A stretch of DNA of 63,162 bases, counting the filler, from Phoronis australis (lineage: Eukaryota > Animalia > Phoronida): assembly GCA_002633005.1 (NCBI GenBank). It is 7 parts of 7 records of this genome, joined end to end, with 100 filler letters (N's around TTAATTAATTAA, not from the genome) between each part and the next. Parts side by side here need not be neighbours in the genome. Positions count along the whole stretch, not along the records: positions 10,652 to 33,587 come from NMRA01001381.1; positions 33,688 to 41,459 come from NMRA01001982.1; 5 more parts are not named here. One strand, 5' to 3'. The notes beneath the pieces are model-generated. The model saw only the letters and a list, made by a program, of their open reading frames with translations, was not told the origin of the DNA and ran no database searches. Position numbers and translations under genes: made by a program. Positions 26,191 to 37,678 of the stretch are shown here, piece after piece (the stretch's first letter is position 1; every line of letters starts with the position of its first letter).

Positions 26191-26794
26191 CTATATCAGA
26201 GGCCTGAGGTCGGAGGTCGTGACCTTTTAAGAAAAGTCGAGCTATTTTTGTCAACTATTCCTTTTGGATCTGTTTACTGATTATTTTATCTCAGTTCCCT
26301 AATTTTCTGCCTTCGATCCCCGGCCCTGAAATCCGTTTCATGAAGGTGAATACACGTTAGACAGAAATTTTGTCTTGCGCTCCACTTCTGTTGAATAAAG
26401 GTTTGGTCAAGTAATTATGAGTGCATCGTAGCCTAGAAATAATTCATGGAGGTTATCTCATCACCTCTTGTCTTGTCCCGGTCGTTGGATAGGTAATAGT
26501 TTGTAAAAAAACCCCTCGCCGTGCCATTTCCAAAGCTTCGAATTATCCATCGCAGGAGTTTTCAGTATATCTGGGCATGTAGTAAATCCAGTCGTTACAG
26601 CAAAGCTCGTTTTGTGTTTAGAGACGGTTAAAATCACATTTCAGCCTAACCTTGTTAGGTTACAGTGATAGTAAGGTGACCAACACAGACAGCGTGCCAG
26701 GGAACCATAAAAATTCACACAAGCATGCTAATGAACTGTCTGACCCATTGGACAAGTAACAGGCAGATGGCGCGGAGTTACTTCTCTGTTTTAA

Positions 26795-28466
26795 AGGAGA
26801 ATGCCACCCGATTTAATAAGTCTTTTTTGCCGTCTTAATCGGTCTATATCCACATCGCCTCGCAAACCGGGTCGACCTTACCTAGCCAAGAGGTGTCGCA
26901 TTAACCTGTGAGGAAGGAGAGAAACGACACTAGCGACGTCAATGGCTCATATGCAGAGTGAATGCCGCTATGTTGCGGTGCATCTTTCCCGCTAGTCCGA
27001 ACTAAGCAGTCGCGAGGAAAGCGGATATATCGTTTTTTTACTTTCTCGGGAGTCCGAAATGCTTAGGAAGTGGCTCATGGTAGTGAAGAATGAAATGTAC
27101 GCTGTAAATAGCAAGTATGAGGCCGTGAAACATCTCCGTGTCTGTGGCCTGCAGACATCGACAGTGCCTGACGAATGCCGGCTTACCAAATAACTCCATA
27201 CGTTCCGTTGTCTGAGCTTGTTCTCGGCGCCTCTCTAGTATTTCTTCATCAATGTATTCCTGTTCGAATTAATAGCCTGTAAAACTTAACGATCCACCTG
27301 CGAAGTCGGGACTGGTGAGCTCTAGCTCGTTCTAAGTCGGGATTGCGAGTTGCCATGTTGGCGGTTTTTACTGAGCGTTCTGTTTCAAAATGAATTATTC
27401 TTACCTAACCAATATTAAACTGAAACAAAGTCTGTCTCATTAGATGCAATTTGTAATGCCTTTGGAGTGTTCGTGAGTGCAAAAGATTTGAGAAGCCAGC
27501 AATGAATAAGTCACTGCGTTACCGGCTTTAGGTGCAATAAAACTAATTGACGGGACACCGAGGCCGCGTGAGCACAGCTAATTTAGTGTTTGATGGCAGA
27601 AACTGTTGTGAAACAACTCGATTTCCATCCCACGGCCAGGTGTTCGGGGAATCTTTATTTACATTTACATTACTCAAATAATGATTGCCAATGCACAATT
27701 TCTGCCCTGACGGTGCTGTGGCCAAAGCGGAACCTGAATTCGCGGCACCCGACGAGTAAGTAGATTTGCGGTTTCGTGGTAATTCACCAACATAATCACG
27801 TGCACATTACTTTGGCTAACTAGTATAGTATTTTCTTGACTGGAAGTTTAGTTTCCACTGAACTTTGGCTAGTTTATGTTTCGTGATGTCTGATCAGTTT
27901 CCAAGCCACTGGCCCGCTCGGGAAAACGAGTCAATCCGGCCGGCCGCGACGGGCCTATCGGGCTCCGAACCACTGGCCAGGATAACAAGCGTTTTGTGTT
28001 TAGAACTCAAAAAATCACAAGTCTAAACAACACAGATCTAGATTCTCCTGTCTGTATCTCAAGGAAAATACTTCGAAATTATCTCCGAACAGACCCCAAA
28101 CTCCTGTTACGGACCTTCTTGGCCTGCCGAACTTTGTAGGCTACGGTGTGTCCAAATACCAATAAATCCGTAAGAGCGAAATATAACAACACGTTTTTAT
28201 AAGAAATCGGTGTATTTTTAAAGGTTTTACATAGAAATTTGATGATTTAATGGTGTTAAACGATGACTTCAAGCGATAAGCTGACACCAGTAACCCGTGT
28301 TGTGAACTGCTGAACGGACTGCGTGTGAAACCGATGACGTCATTGGATAATTTCAACACCTCCGTCTGCCGTCAGGTGTCAGGTAACGCAACCGTACGTG
28401 TCGTTATGGAGTAGAACTCGATCTAAATTGATTCAAATTAGGTTGTTTTTTGGGTGGCATGCTTCT
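26795..28466. mobile_element. Kolobok-type non-autonomous DNA transposon in aminopeptidase intron 1
   Basis: TTAA on both sides (26791-26794, 28467-28470). TIRs AGGAGAATGCCACCC / GGGTGGCATGCTTCT (13/15). A related copy lies at 60890-62033. Confidence 0.8.
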
Positions 28467-29407
28467 TTAAAGTTCCAATAATCCAGCGCTATCTGTCGAT
28501 CATCAACACTCCAGCAGGCGAACTTTTGATTTAGATCACTCACCCTACCGCTATAAAATAGGTTTCTTTCTCAGATGAGAAGTGATATCTTGTGTTGCTA
28601 AGACAACTGCCAGTTGCTTCTTTGTCTGAGATCATCATGTTCGGCGTATAAAATAAAACGCCGCGACATGCCACATTGCAGAGTCCTCGATTCAATCAAT
28701 AAAGAACGGTAAGTTCCCAGTTTCGAAGCCAGGAGTCACCTCCAATTTGACAAAGGACCAATTTGAGACCAATTTCATAACGGTATATGGTATTAGCCAA
28801 AGGCTGTTTTTGTGATTGGAGGCTGGTTTATTGCCTCTTTAACATTTTGTGAGAGCCAGAGATCACGTGACTAGCATAATTAACTATTTTCAATGACCCT
28901 CGTTACAATTCGACAGATACTATGCCACAAAAGACTGTCTCGGCTTCATTGTAGTTAATAACTTCATAGATCACAATTTTAACGCAAAGTTTCAAGATCT
29001 ATTCCCAAATGATTGTATTCCAACTTACTCCATTTTTCACAAGCTTTTCGGTGGGCGTTCTAGCAAAATAACAGGGAACTCCACTTTCATGAACTTGATT
29101 TTGAAAATGCAGATGAGGTCGTAATTTGTGAAATGTTCCCGATCTGGCGATATCTTTCAATGTATGACACTCTTTTCGTGTTTTAAGCTCGTGAAAGTAC
29201 GAGAATATTTCAGTCCTCGGTGAGTGGATTTCTCTAAAAAGTAATGAGCCACACTTGCTGTTTGAACTCCAGTTCAATTCAGTGTCACTAATTCAAAGGT
29301 GGCGGAACCACCACGGGCCGGCTTATCCTTTTCACAATATCAGTACGTCATGAACACAATCGTTGTTCGCTTTGCACATCTTTTTGTTTTAATGTTGTTT
29401 CTTTAAG

Positions 29408-29915
29408 GCCCATGTTCAACTGTTAAGCCTACAGCATCGGTCTCAACCCGTTCGGCATCATCTACCACAAGCGTGCCATCCTCTACCACAAGCGCGCCAT
29501 CCTCTACCACAAACGTGCCAAATGTTAGGAATGTCCGTCTTCAAACCGACTTAGATCCTGTTCATTATTTGGTGGAGTTGCAGCCAAACATGTATGAAGG
29601 AGATCCCAAAGACTTTACGTTCAATGGTAGAGTGGAGATCGATTTGCTTTGTGTTTCCCCCACCCGTGTGGTTAAGGTCCATATCAATAAGCTCAACGTA
29701 ACAAACTTCAGTTTCGAAGAAAAAGGAGGAAACCTTATTACGACTGACGATTATACTGAAGATAAGGAACGTCAATTTTTTGTCTTGCCACTGAGAAATG
29801 CTCTAGAGACAAGGAAAACATACGTTTTGAAGATAGGCTTTGTTGGTTGGTTAGCAGACGATCTCGCCGGTATCTATCGGAGCTCATACTACGATAAAGA
29901 GCGCAAAAAAACAAT
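29408..29915 (+). CDS. ANPEP: Aminopeptidase N-like exon 2: Ser/Thr stalk and start of the M1 N-terminal domain
   Basis: Acceptor TTTAAG ends at 29407; donor GTACGT at 29916. NVRLQTDLDPVHYLVELQP...FTFNGRVEI...HINKL...FVGWLADDLAGIYRSSY. The stalk carries a 21-bp tandem repeat (PSSTTSA-like). Confidence 0.92.
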
Positions 29916-30071
29916 GTACGTACTACTTAAAGCTGGGATAACGAGCGTCGTTTGTTGTAGTGTCTAAGAATTAGCTCTAAACCTTCAACATCTGAAAGTC
30001 CATACATCAGTTCCTAAGCAACAGGACTAATACCAATGATATTCTTTTGAAATGTGCCTTTTTCATTTCAT

Positions 30072-30226
30072 ACATATTGCAACTAGTTTTTTGGCACCTA
30101 CATTCGCTCGTAAAGTTTTTCCTTGTTTTGACGAACCGGCATTCAAATCTAAGTTCAAAATGGCCCTCGTGAGAAAGCAACGATGGTTAGCCTATCAAAT
30201 ATGCCCCGGCTCGTCGAAACAAATAG
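30072..30226 (+). pseudogene. Aminopeptidase alternative exon 3A, inactivated
   Basis: HIATSFLAPTFARKVFPCFDEPAFKSKFKMALVRK / frameshift / TMVSLSNMPRLVETN. 155 nt vs 156 nt for 3B. Acceptor reads CAT instead of CAG; donor GTGAGC intact. Confidence 0.8.
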
Positions 30227-30292
30227 GTGAGCCTTGATCACGTGTTCTGTTCATGTTTGTAGTTTTTGATTTTCCGGTGCGTTTGTTTTTAG

Positions 30293-30448
30293 ATACATAG
30301 CCACGTCACAACTGCAGGCGACCGATGCCAGGAAAACATTCCCGTGTTTTGATGATCCAGCTATTAAATCAAAGTTTACAGTTACGTTAGTTAGGAAACG
30401 TCACATGACCAGCATTTCAAATATGCCAATAAGGGAGAAAGAAGACAG
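30293..30448 (+). CDS. ANPEP: Aminopeptidase N-like exon 3B
   Basis: TTTTTAG acceptor, GTACGC donor, phase 2-2. YIATSQLQATDARKTFPCFDDPAIKSKFTVTLVRKRHMTSISNMPIREKED carries the M1 ARxxFPCFD motif. Confidence 0.92.
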
Positions 30449-31014
30449 GTACGCTATCGAAAAACGAGAAATGCAATCGGACTAATTACAAACGAGATTT
30501 TGTGAGTTACAAACCATTTTGAAATTTATGAGGTCATAGTAGTCAGTGTCAACCGTAAATAGTCGTATTTTGTACTCCTGTAACAAGATTTTAAAATAAG
30601 TTTCCGCTTCATTTCAAAACGATTTTCAGTGCTAACCAGTTACACCGTATCTTATTCTCTCAGGATGCTCTTTTAACACGTTGCCATTTTTCAAAATAAA
30701 GACCGGAATTTTTTTTAAGTTTTTAAGGTTTGAACTTGTGGTCGTACGCCAACAATTATGATGAGACACCACAGTTTCTTGACACGGGATTCCATGCTTT
30801 CTAATTTTGAAGAACTGATAGTAAAACGCCAATACAAACACAGTGGTGTTGAGAATTGATAAAATGGAAGAGAGTTACCTTAAACAATCTTCGTCTTATT
30901 TTCGAAAATGCGTTTGCATTGGGATTGCTGTGAAAATTAGTACCTGGGCACTAGGCGGCACTGTTTGTTAGTTTAAATACAGACTGGGTACAGAAAGTTG
31001 TTACTATTCAAACT

Positions 31015-31262
31015 CACCGCCACCCACAACCACCACCACCATCACTCGCCCACCACCAGCCATCCACCGTCACCACCACCCGCTACCCACCGTCACCACC
31101 ACCCACCACTATCACCCACCACCACCACCCACCACTATCACCCACCACCACCACCCACCATCTTCATCACCTCCCACCACCTATTACCACAACCCACCAC
31201 GACTGCCCCGCCACCATCACTCTCCATCACCATCAAGCATCACCATCCTACATTGCCATCAC
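31015..31262. repeat. Degenerate (CCA/CAC)n microsatellite in an intron
   Basis: Low-complexity CACCAC tract; produces the spurious His/Pro/Thr ORF starting at 30998. Confidence 0.9.
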
Positions 31263-31371
31263 TCAAAATGCGTCCTCGTGGCGAAATAGGCATTGCTTCC
31301 GAAATACAATTGATCATCAACTACACAAATTGTAATGTTCAGAGTCATCTTCTGCTGCCGCTTTGTTGTAG

Positions 31372-31489
31372 AGGAAATGGCTGGATAGCTGACCATTACA
31401 AAACTACGGTGAAAATGTCAACCTATCTCCTTGCATTCATCGTGTGTGATTTTGTTGCTGTAGAGCAAAGCACTACCACGGGAACAACA
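31372..31489 (+). CDS. ANPEP: Aminopeptidase N-like exon 4
   Basis: TTGTAG acceptor, GTAAGT donor. GNGWIADHYKTTVKMSTYLLAFIVCDF contains the M1 MSTYL motif. In frame with exon 3B. Confidence 0.92.
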
Positions 31490-32676
31490 GTAAGTAACTA
31501 GTCTAATAACAGCGCCACTGCTTTGCGATTGCCAACAGCGTGTAGTAGGATAACGTTTTGCTCTGCCCAATAAATAACATTGTTTGTCCAAAATTGAAAG
31601 GCATACAGGGACACAACTGCATACGACGAGTGGTCTTTATCATATTTAAAGTTACAGGAATGGTTATTCGAACGTCTTCAAAAGGAAACGATCTGTTGTC
31701 GGGCGACAAATACGCATTTTGGGATCATTTTGGTTAGGATAGACTTACCGCTCCCCAGTACCCGGGTCTAGTCTTTTTAATCGACATCGAACTAGAAATT
31801 CTTAATGACATTTTTAAGTTAATGTATTTTTTCCAATTGAAAGTAGGTGTCTAGTATTCTGTACCTGATTACGTCACGATTTACATAGCTGAGTGACCAT
31901 TAAATTCGAATAAAAACTAGAAATTTTGAGTAAAATCTGTAGATATCGAGTTCAGTCTCTAATTCATAGATTTAATGCTGGGGTCATCAAGTGCAGTCAT
32001 CTACGGGTGAACAATAATGTGTGCAAACTCCAGTGGCGGTTCTAGGATATCACAAGGTGGGCCATCATTTTGTCTGTAAACATTTGCGCAAAGCACGATT
32101 GTAGATGCGCATAGCACCGAATGGGGGAGGTCGGGAGGGGGCAAACCCCCCTCCCGCCCAGGAAAACGTTTCTGTTTTTTCCTCTAAAAATCAAGCATTT
32201 TCCTTGATTCCTGAAGTATTATCCAAGACAAAAAGGCAAAGAAAAAAACACGGAGAACGTGTCAAACTTGAAAAATTGCATTTACCAGACTCGATCTCAC
32301 CACTTGGCGAATACAGTGCGCGTGCTTTACCACAGAACCACCACGATTTCACTCGTAATTTGATACTAACAGACCTACTTGTTTATGGTCCACAGCGTTT
32401 GCGCGCGAAACCCACTTCTTTTTGTAATGCTTATACACTTTTTATATTTTGTGCAATCAATTCGTAACAAATTTGTTGTATTTAAAATAGTCTTCAATTG
32501 CCCAAAAGACCAAATCTGTTTTTTGTGTTGGCATTAATGATGCGATTGCTTTTGAAATCGTCTTAAGTTAAGGTTTGACAAAGAGAGAATTATGAGTTTC
32601 TGAGTGATTCACTGAGGCTTCGATTAAAATTCACATCTTACCAGCAGCTTCTGTTTCTTCATCGTCACTCAGATTN

Positions 32677-33587
32677 TTTTTTGGCACCTACATTCGCTCG
32701 TAAAGTTTTTCCTTGTTTTGACGAACCGGCATTCAAATCTAAGTTCAAAATGACCCTCGTGAGAAAGCAACGATGGTTAGCCTATCAAATATGCCCCGGC
32801 TCGTCGAAACAAATAGGTGAGCCTTGATCATGTGTTCTGTGCATGTTTGTAGTTTTTGATTTTTCGGTGCGTTTGTTTTTAGATACATCGCCACATCACA
32901 ATTGCAGGCGACCGATGCCAGGAAAACATTCCCGTGTTTTGATGATCCAGCTATTAAATCAAAGTTTACAGTTACGTTAGTTAGGAAACGTCACATGACC
33001 AGCATTTCAAATATGCCAATAAGAGAGAAAGAAGACAGGTACGCTATCGAAAACCGCGAAATGCAATCGGACGAATTACAAACGAGATTAGTAGTTACAA
33101 ACCATTTTGAAATTTATGAGATCATAGTAGTCAGTGTCAACCGTAAATAGTCGTATTTTGTACTCCTGTAACGAGAAATTAAAATAAGTTTCCGCTTCAT
33201 TTCAAAACGATTTTCAGTGCTAACCAGTTACACCGTATCTTATTCTCTCAGGATGCTCTTTTAACACGTTGCCATTTTTTCAAAATAAAGACCGGAATTT
33301 TTAAGTTTTAAGGTTTGAACTTGTGGTCGTGCTCCAACAATTACGATGAGACGCCACAATTTCTTGACACGGGATTCCATGCTTTCTAATTTTGAAGAAC
33401 TGATAGTAAAACGCCAATACATACACAGTGGTGTTGAGAATTGATAAAATACTAGAAGAGAGTTACCTTAAACAATCTCCGTCCTATTTTCGAAAATGTG
33501 TTTCCATTGGGATTGCTGTGAAAATAAGTACCTGGGCACTAGGCGGCACTGTTTGTTAGTTTAAATACAGACTGGGTACAGAAAGTT
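32677..33587 (+). repeat. Near-identical duplicate of 30087-30999 (exon 3A part 32677-32816, exon 3B 32883-33038); uncollapsed haplotype or tandem duplication
   Basis: Direct alignment at offset ~2590. Starts immediately after a single N (32676) and runs to the contig end. Confidence 0.9.
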
Positions 33588-33687
33588 NNNNNNNNNNNNN
33601 NNNNNNNNNNNNNNNNNNNNNNNNNNNNNNNTTAATTAATTAANNNNNNNNNNNNNNNNNNNNNNNNNNNNNNNNNNNNNNNNNNNN
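33588..33687. other. Artificial contig spacer
   Basis: 44 N + TTAATTAATTAA + 44 N. Confidence 0.97.
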
Positions 33688-35339
33688 CAGCTTTCTGTAC
33701 TATAGTGATCATTTTTACTAAAAAACTATAGACCAAGACTTTTACAATGCTATCAACCATGTGTGAGCATAGCAACATTGTATATACTTTGTACATGCAG
33801 TGCATATTTCTTCCTGCTTTGAAAAAAGAGCCCCCACTGTGAGCCTTCAGAGGCTTCCTAATATTCATAACAATGTGCGAGTCCAGGGTGTCCAGATTAG
33901 TGCTAAGGCATCCATTTGGACGCCTAGGACATACACAGCATAAAGGCCTGCAACCGGCCTGAAAGTTCCAGGGGCTGGGGGTGGACCTTAGCTAGTGTCC
34001 AAAAAATCAATCGGTGGTTTAAAAAAAAACGGGGACACGATTCCACCGCTGTCTGGGTCTCAGTGAGCCCCTCCCCCAATCTCAATCTCAATCATGCTTC
34101 ACGCTGTTACTGTTTCATTTTGCTTGTGGTAGCCAAGGGAGGGGGCTCCTACCCCCCTAAATCTGCCTGAGAAGAAAGCTATTATTTTCTAAATGAGGCC
34201 TCAAGGGCAGCATTGCACTGAAAAAAGTGTCCCCTATGGTGCGCCGCCCATGCTGCTGGTCACAACTTTTTCAAAAAGGCACACTTTTTCTCAGCAGGTG
34301 CGCCCAAAGGGCACAGGTTCAACTGGTCAGGAATATCCCTGCTCGGTGTCGACTGTCGGCAAAATTTTCAACAGCTACAGTCAACAGGTAAAAGACAACC
34401 AACAGACCAAGTCTGGAAATGGTAAATAATGAAAAGAGAATTACGTGACCGAAGTTAATTTGATACTGCATTTGGCCAATCATTGGTTGGCACATTGAAC
34501 ACGCAAAAGCAAAAATTAATACCTCTGTCGTCTGAAATTCCACGTCAGCCATATTTACTAACAGCTGAGGGGCTTTCCTTTTTCATGACGTCACGCAATA
34601 CAGATCAAAAACGCAGTTTGCTTTTATATTAAAAACGCAATATTTTAGAACTAAATTAAATATCATTTAAATAATAAAATGTATCATGAATAACTACTTC
34701 TTTTTATAAAGTGTGTCTTACATACTGAGAATGCAATGAATATATAGTACATTTATTACAAAGTTCCCATAAGGGTTTCCGTTTTCTGTGTACATGTGTC
34801 GAAGCGCGGCAGTGATGATTCGAGTGTTTGGTTTGTCGAATTTAGCGATTTCTCTTCTAGTTTTAGTACGCCTTTCTGTTCAAGAATCATCAAATGTATC
34901 AGACACCTTGACCCAGCGAGAAAGCTGTATCCTTAAGTGTGCTACCTTGCTGTGCCTTTCTTGTCTTTGACAGTGACCACCCTCTCCAACTGGCTCATAG
35001 TCATAGTGTACTACACTGTAGATTACAGTGTAGTAAAATCTCGAGGTGTCTTACCTTACATTTCTGCCATTTCTGGTCATCCGTGGTCCGAGATAAATAC
35101 GTCTGGTTGGTGTGCGGTCTGATTATCGAACCTGCTCCACATCCCAGCACGTGTATCGGCTGCAGGGCTGCTGAATATTTTACGCCCTCACTGGGCATCA
35201 CTGGCATTTGCCATATGGGCCGGGACTGCCAACGTCGGCAATCTCCAAGACAAACAACAGTTGTCTTCCGATGCCAAAAGAGGGCACGCGCGGCTGAAGG
35301 CCAGCGTAGCAGTGAGACAGGTCAAATGTCTCACTACAG

Positions 35340-36090
35340 TAGCAGCCAGCCAGCTAGCAGTATGAAGACTATCGTCAAAATACAGCTAGGTACCACTGTA
35401 TGTTCAATGCCGGCCAATCTCGAAATTACACACAGCCAGGGTGGTTCTGCTCATCACCTTGCTGTGAAACTTGTATCAACATGTGGAGCTTAAGACGAGG
35501 TGCATGCAAAATTTTAGCCGATGCTTGTAAAATCTGACCAGATAGAATATGACACAAAGTAAGTGTCATTAATAACTACGCTCTTTCTTGAGTAAACTAA
35601 ATTATTAAACGGTGCTGGAAAAATTGGCGTTGTACCGTTATTCTGCTGCTAAAGTTGTGTAGCGATCTTCTGCATCGGCTTTCAGTGCCATGAAATATTG
35701 CGTAACCTATTGGTCAGTTTCTTTTTTCACCGATTCTTCAATCAACTGTTGTTCTTTCAAGAGGTTGCGTAGATGTCACAACAAATTATCGGAACTGGTT
35801 TCATTTAGTTACAAGTTTTCAGTATTCTAGTACCAGTGAACTAAATTTTTAGAATCAATTTTGCTGCTGCAAAGCTGTCATCATCTCCCAAGAGACATCG
35901 CAAAAAATTAGGAAATGGCGCGAGCGCGTGACAAAAGGGTACTATTTTCAAAACGACGAAACATATTGTTACAAAAGGCGAAGAATTACGTAAGAAAATG
36001 ACGTTAAATATTAGATTTTAACTGGCCAGTTTTTACCCACATCGGCACTAAGCTGTATATTTAGTATACAGCTTTGTGCCAAGGCTAGCT
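35340..36090. repeat. Dispersed repeat shared with 52030-52640
   Basis: 35340-35515 and 36023-36090 match the second copy in reverse orientation; 35545-35870 matches 52105-52412 in direct orientation. Confidence 0.75.
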
Positions 36091-36301
36091 CAGTAGACAC
36101 AGTTAGCTCTTGTACTGTAGGAGCTTCATACAGAGGAAGTTTTTTGACGAATTATGCCTCACATCGACTTAAACATCAAAGTCGCGCTGTTATAAATACC
36201 TTTGCACATAGAAGGACGCCTTGGGGGGCTGTCGATGTCTTTTAATTTTGTCTAACTCGAGCAAATACTACCATTATCAAACTTTTTCTTCAAGCAGTCT
36301 C

Positions 36302-36425
36302 TCATTCAGTTCCCAAAACCAGTAACTGGCCCTTTCTACACTGCACACGCTAGGCGATATGACATCATACCACCTGCCGCGGGAAGTGTTAAAAATGGCC
36401 AGTTTCGATTTTGAGAACTGAATGA
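36302..36425. mobile_element. Short MITE-like inverted repeat
   Basis: TCATTCAGTTCCCAAAACCAGTAACTGGCC vs reverse complement of GGCCAGTTTCGATTTTGAGAACTGAATGA. Confidence 0.5.
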
Positions 36426-37556
36426 ACTACGAAGAGAAAGAATTCTAGTGAAAACCAATAATAAAATATATTTTAGTCCTTCCAACTATACCAAATAGTT
36501 ATATGTAAACCACTGGTATTTGTCAACAATCGGGTTATTCAGTTTTTTCCAGTGCGTTTTATTCTTCAATTTTAAGGTAAATTACTTGGGCATTCCCAAA
36601 GGAGGAACAATGCTCCTCATCCTCGTGTTAGCCAACATTACCCCTCCTCATGTTGGCCGTAACTTTGGTATTGCCTAAGTAAATAGGTTGTTAATCCTCC
36701 TGAGCAACTTGCCAGAGTAGTCTCAGGGAGCTGGAGATATCTTAAAGCTTCGTTTCGCCTTGTTTAGCAAGCGGAAAAAGGAATATGAAATTTGACCTTT
36801 TATTGATAAATTTGGTGTCCCTATTTGTTGCGGTGTTAAGGTTCTATTTCCATTAGCGGTCACCCAAAATTAGGGTGCAAGCTCCGCGCATAGATATCTG
36901 CAGATAGGCGTATCTATTGTTCACTTTTTTTTCTTATAATACAGATTATGGTAAGTATTTATCGGTAACCGGCTGATGGGCTCCCAAGGTATGATATCCG
37001 TGCGACCTATATTGTTATATCCAACAAAGACGCAACAAAGGAAAACAACGGTAGGGTCTCATAGGCGATAACCTTCTTACGCGCTTATGTCCATCACATG
37101 CATCCCGCAAATTAACCAATAGCTTGCAAAATCCATACGACATCATTTGGCATGGGTGGTCAAAAAGAACTTTGAAACTAATAGCGACTCTAAAGTAATT
37201 GCTAAGACTTTACCATTGCCATTCATGATAAGGAATTATGAGATCGATTTTATGAGAGTAAAAGGAAGAATTTTATTTTAGTATTGGCCAACTAAACGAC
37301 AAAATGCAGAGTTATAAGGGATAGCAACCATTTTTGATGTCGCCTTTTTATTTGCCTGTAACGACATTGTTAGTAGGTCAATATGTGCGAGAAAGCTCTC
37401 TGATATCATTGGTTTGACTTAGCTGTTGTAAGCACAGCATTTCTCAGACCCCGAGTTCCTTACACAATATCGCTATCTTTGCTCATTATTACAGTACTTT
37501 GAAAGTACAGAATAACATTAAACTAGTTTGTGTATTCAAACCTTAACTCCGAATAG

Positions 37557-37678
37557 ATAAAAAGCTGTTTGCACTACAAAGGGCAGAGCACCATGTTGCA
37601 GTGAAGAAAGTGATGGATTTAGACTCGTATGAGAAACAGTACAAAATGGTGAACGTACTGCTACAGAAGTTGTTCTCG
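37557..37678 (+). CDS. CCDC134: CCDC134 internal exon
   Basis: AG/GT bounded, phase 1-0. (Y)KKLFALQRAEHHVAVKKVMDLDSYEKQYKMVNVLLQKLFS resembles the YKKMF..KR......QQYK....L..LF region of CCDC134. Confidence 0.85.

Noticed and set aside
30998-31371. His/Pro/Thr-rich N-terminal part of the ORF 30998-31501
   Set aside because: Intronic CCA microsatellite; only 31372-31489 is exon.
34939-35493. 184-aa ORF
   Set aside because: Non-ATG start, overlaps a dispersed repeat, no domain similarity.
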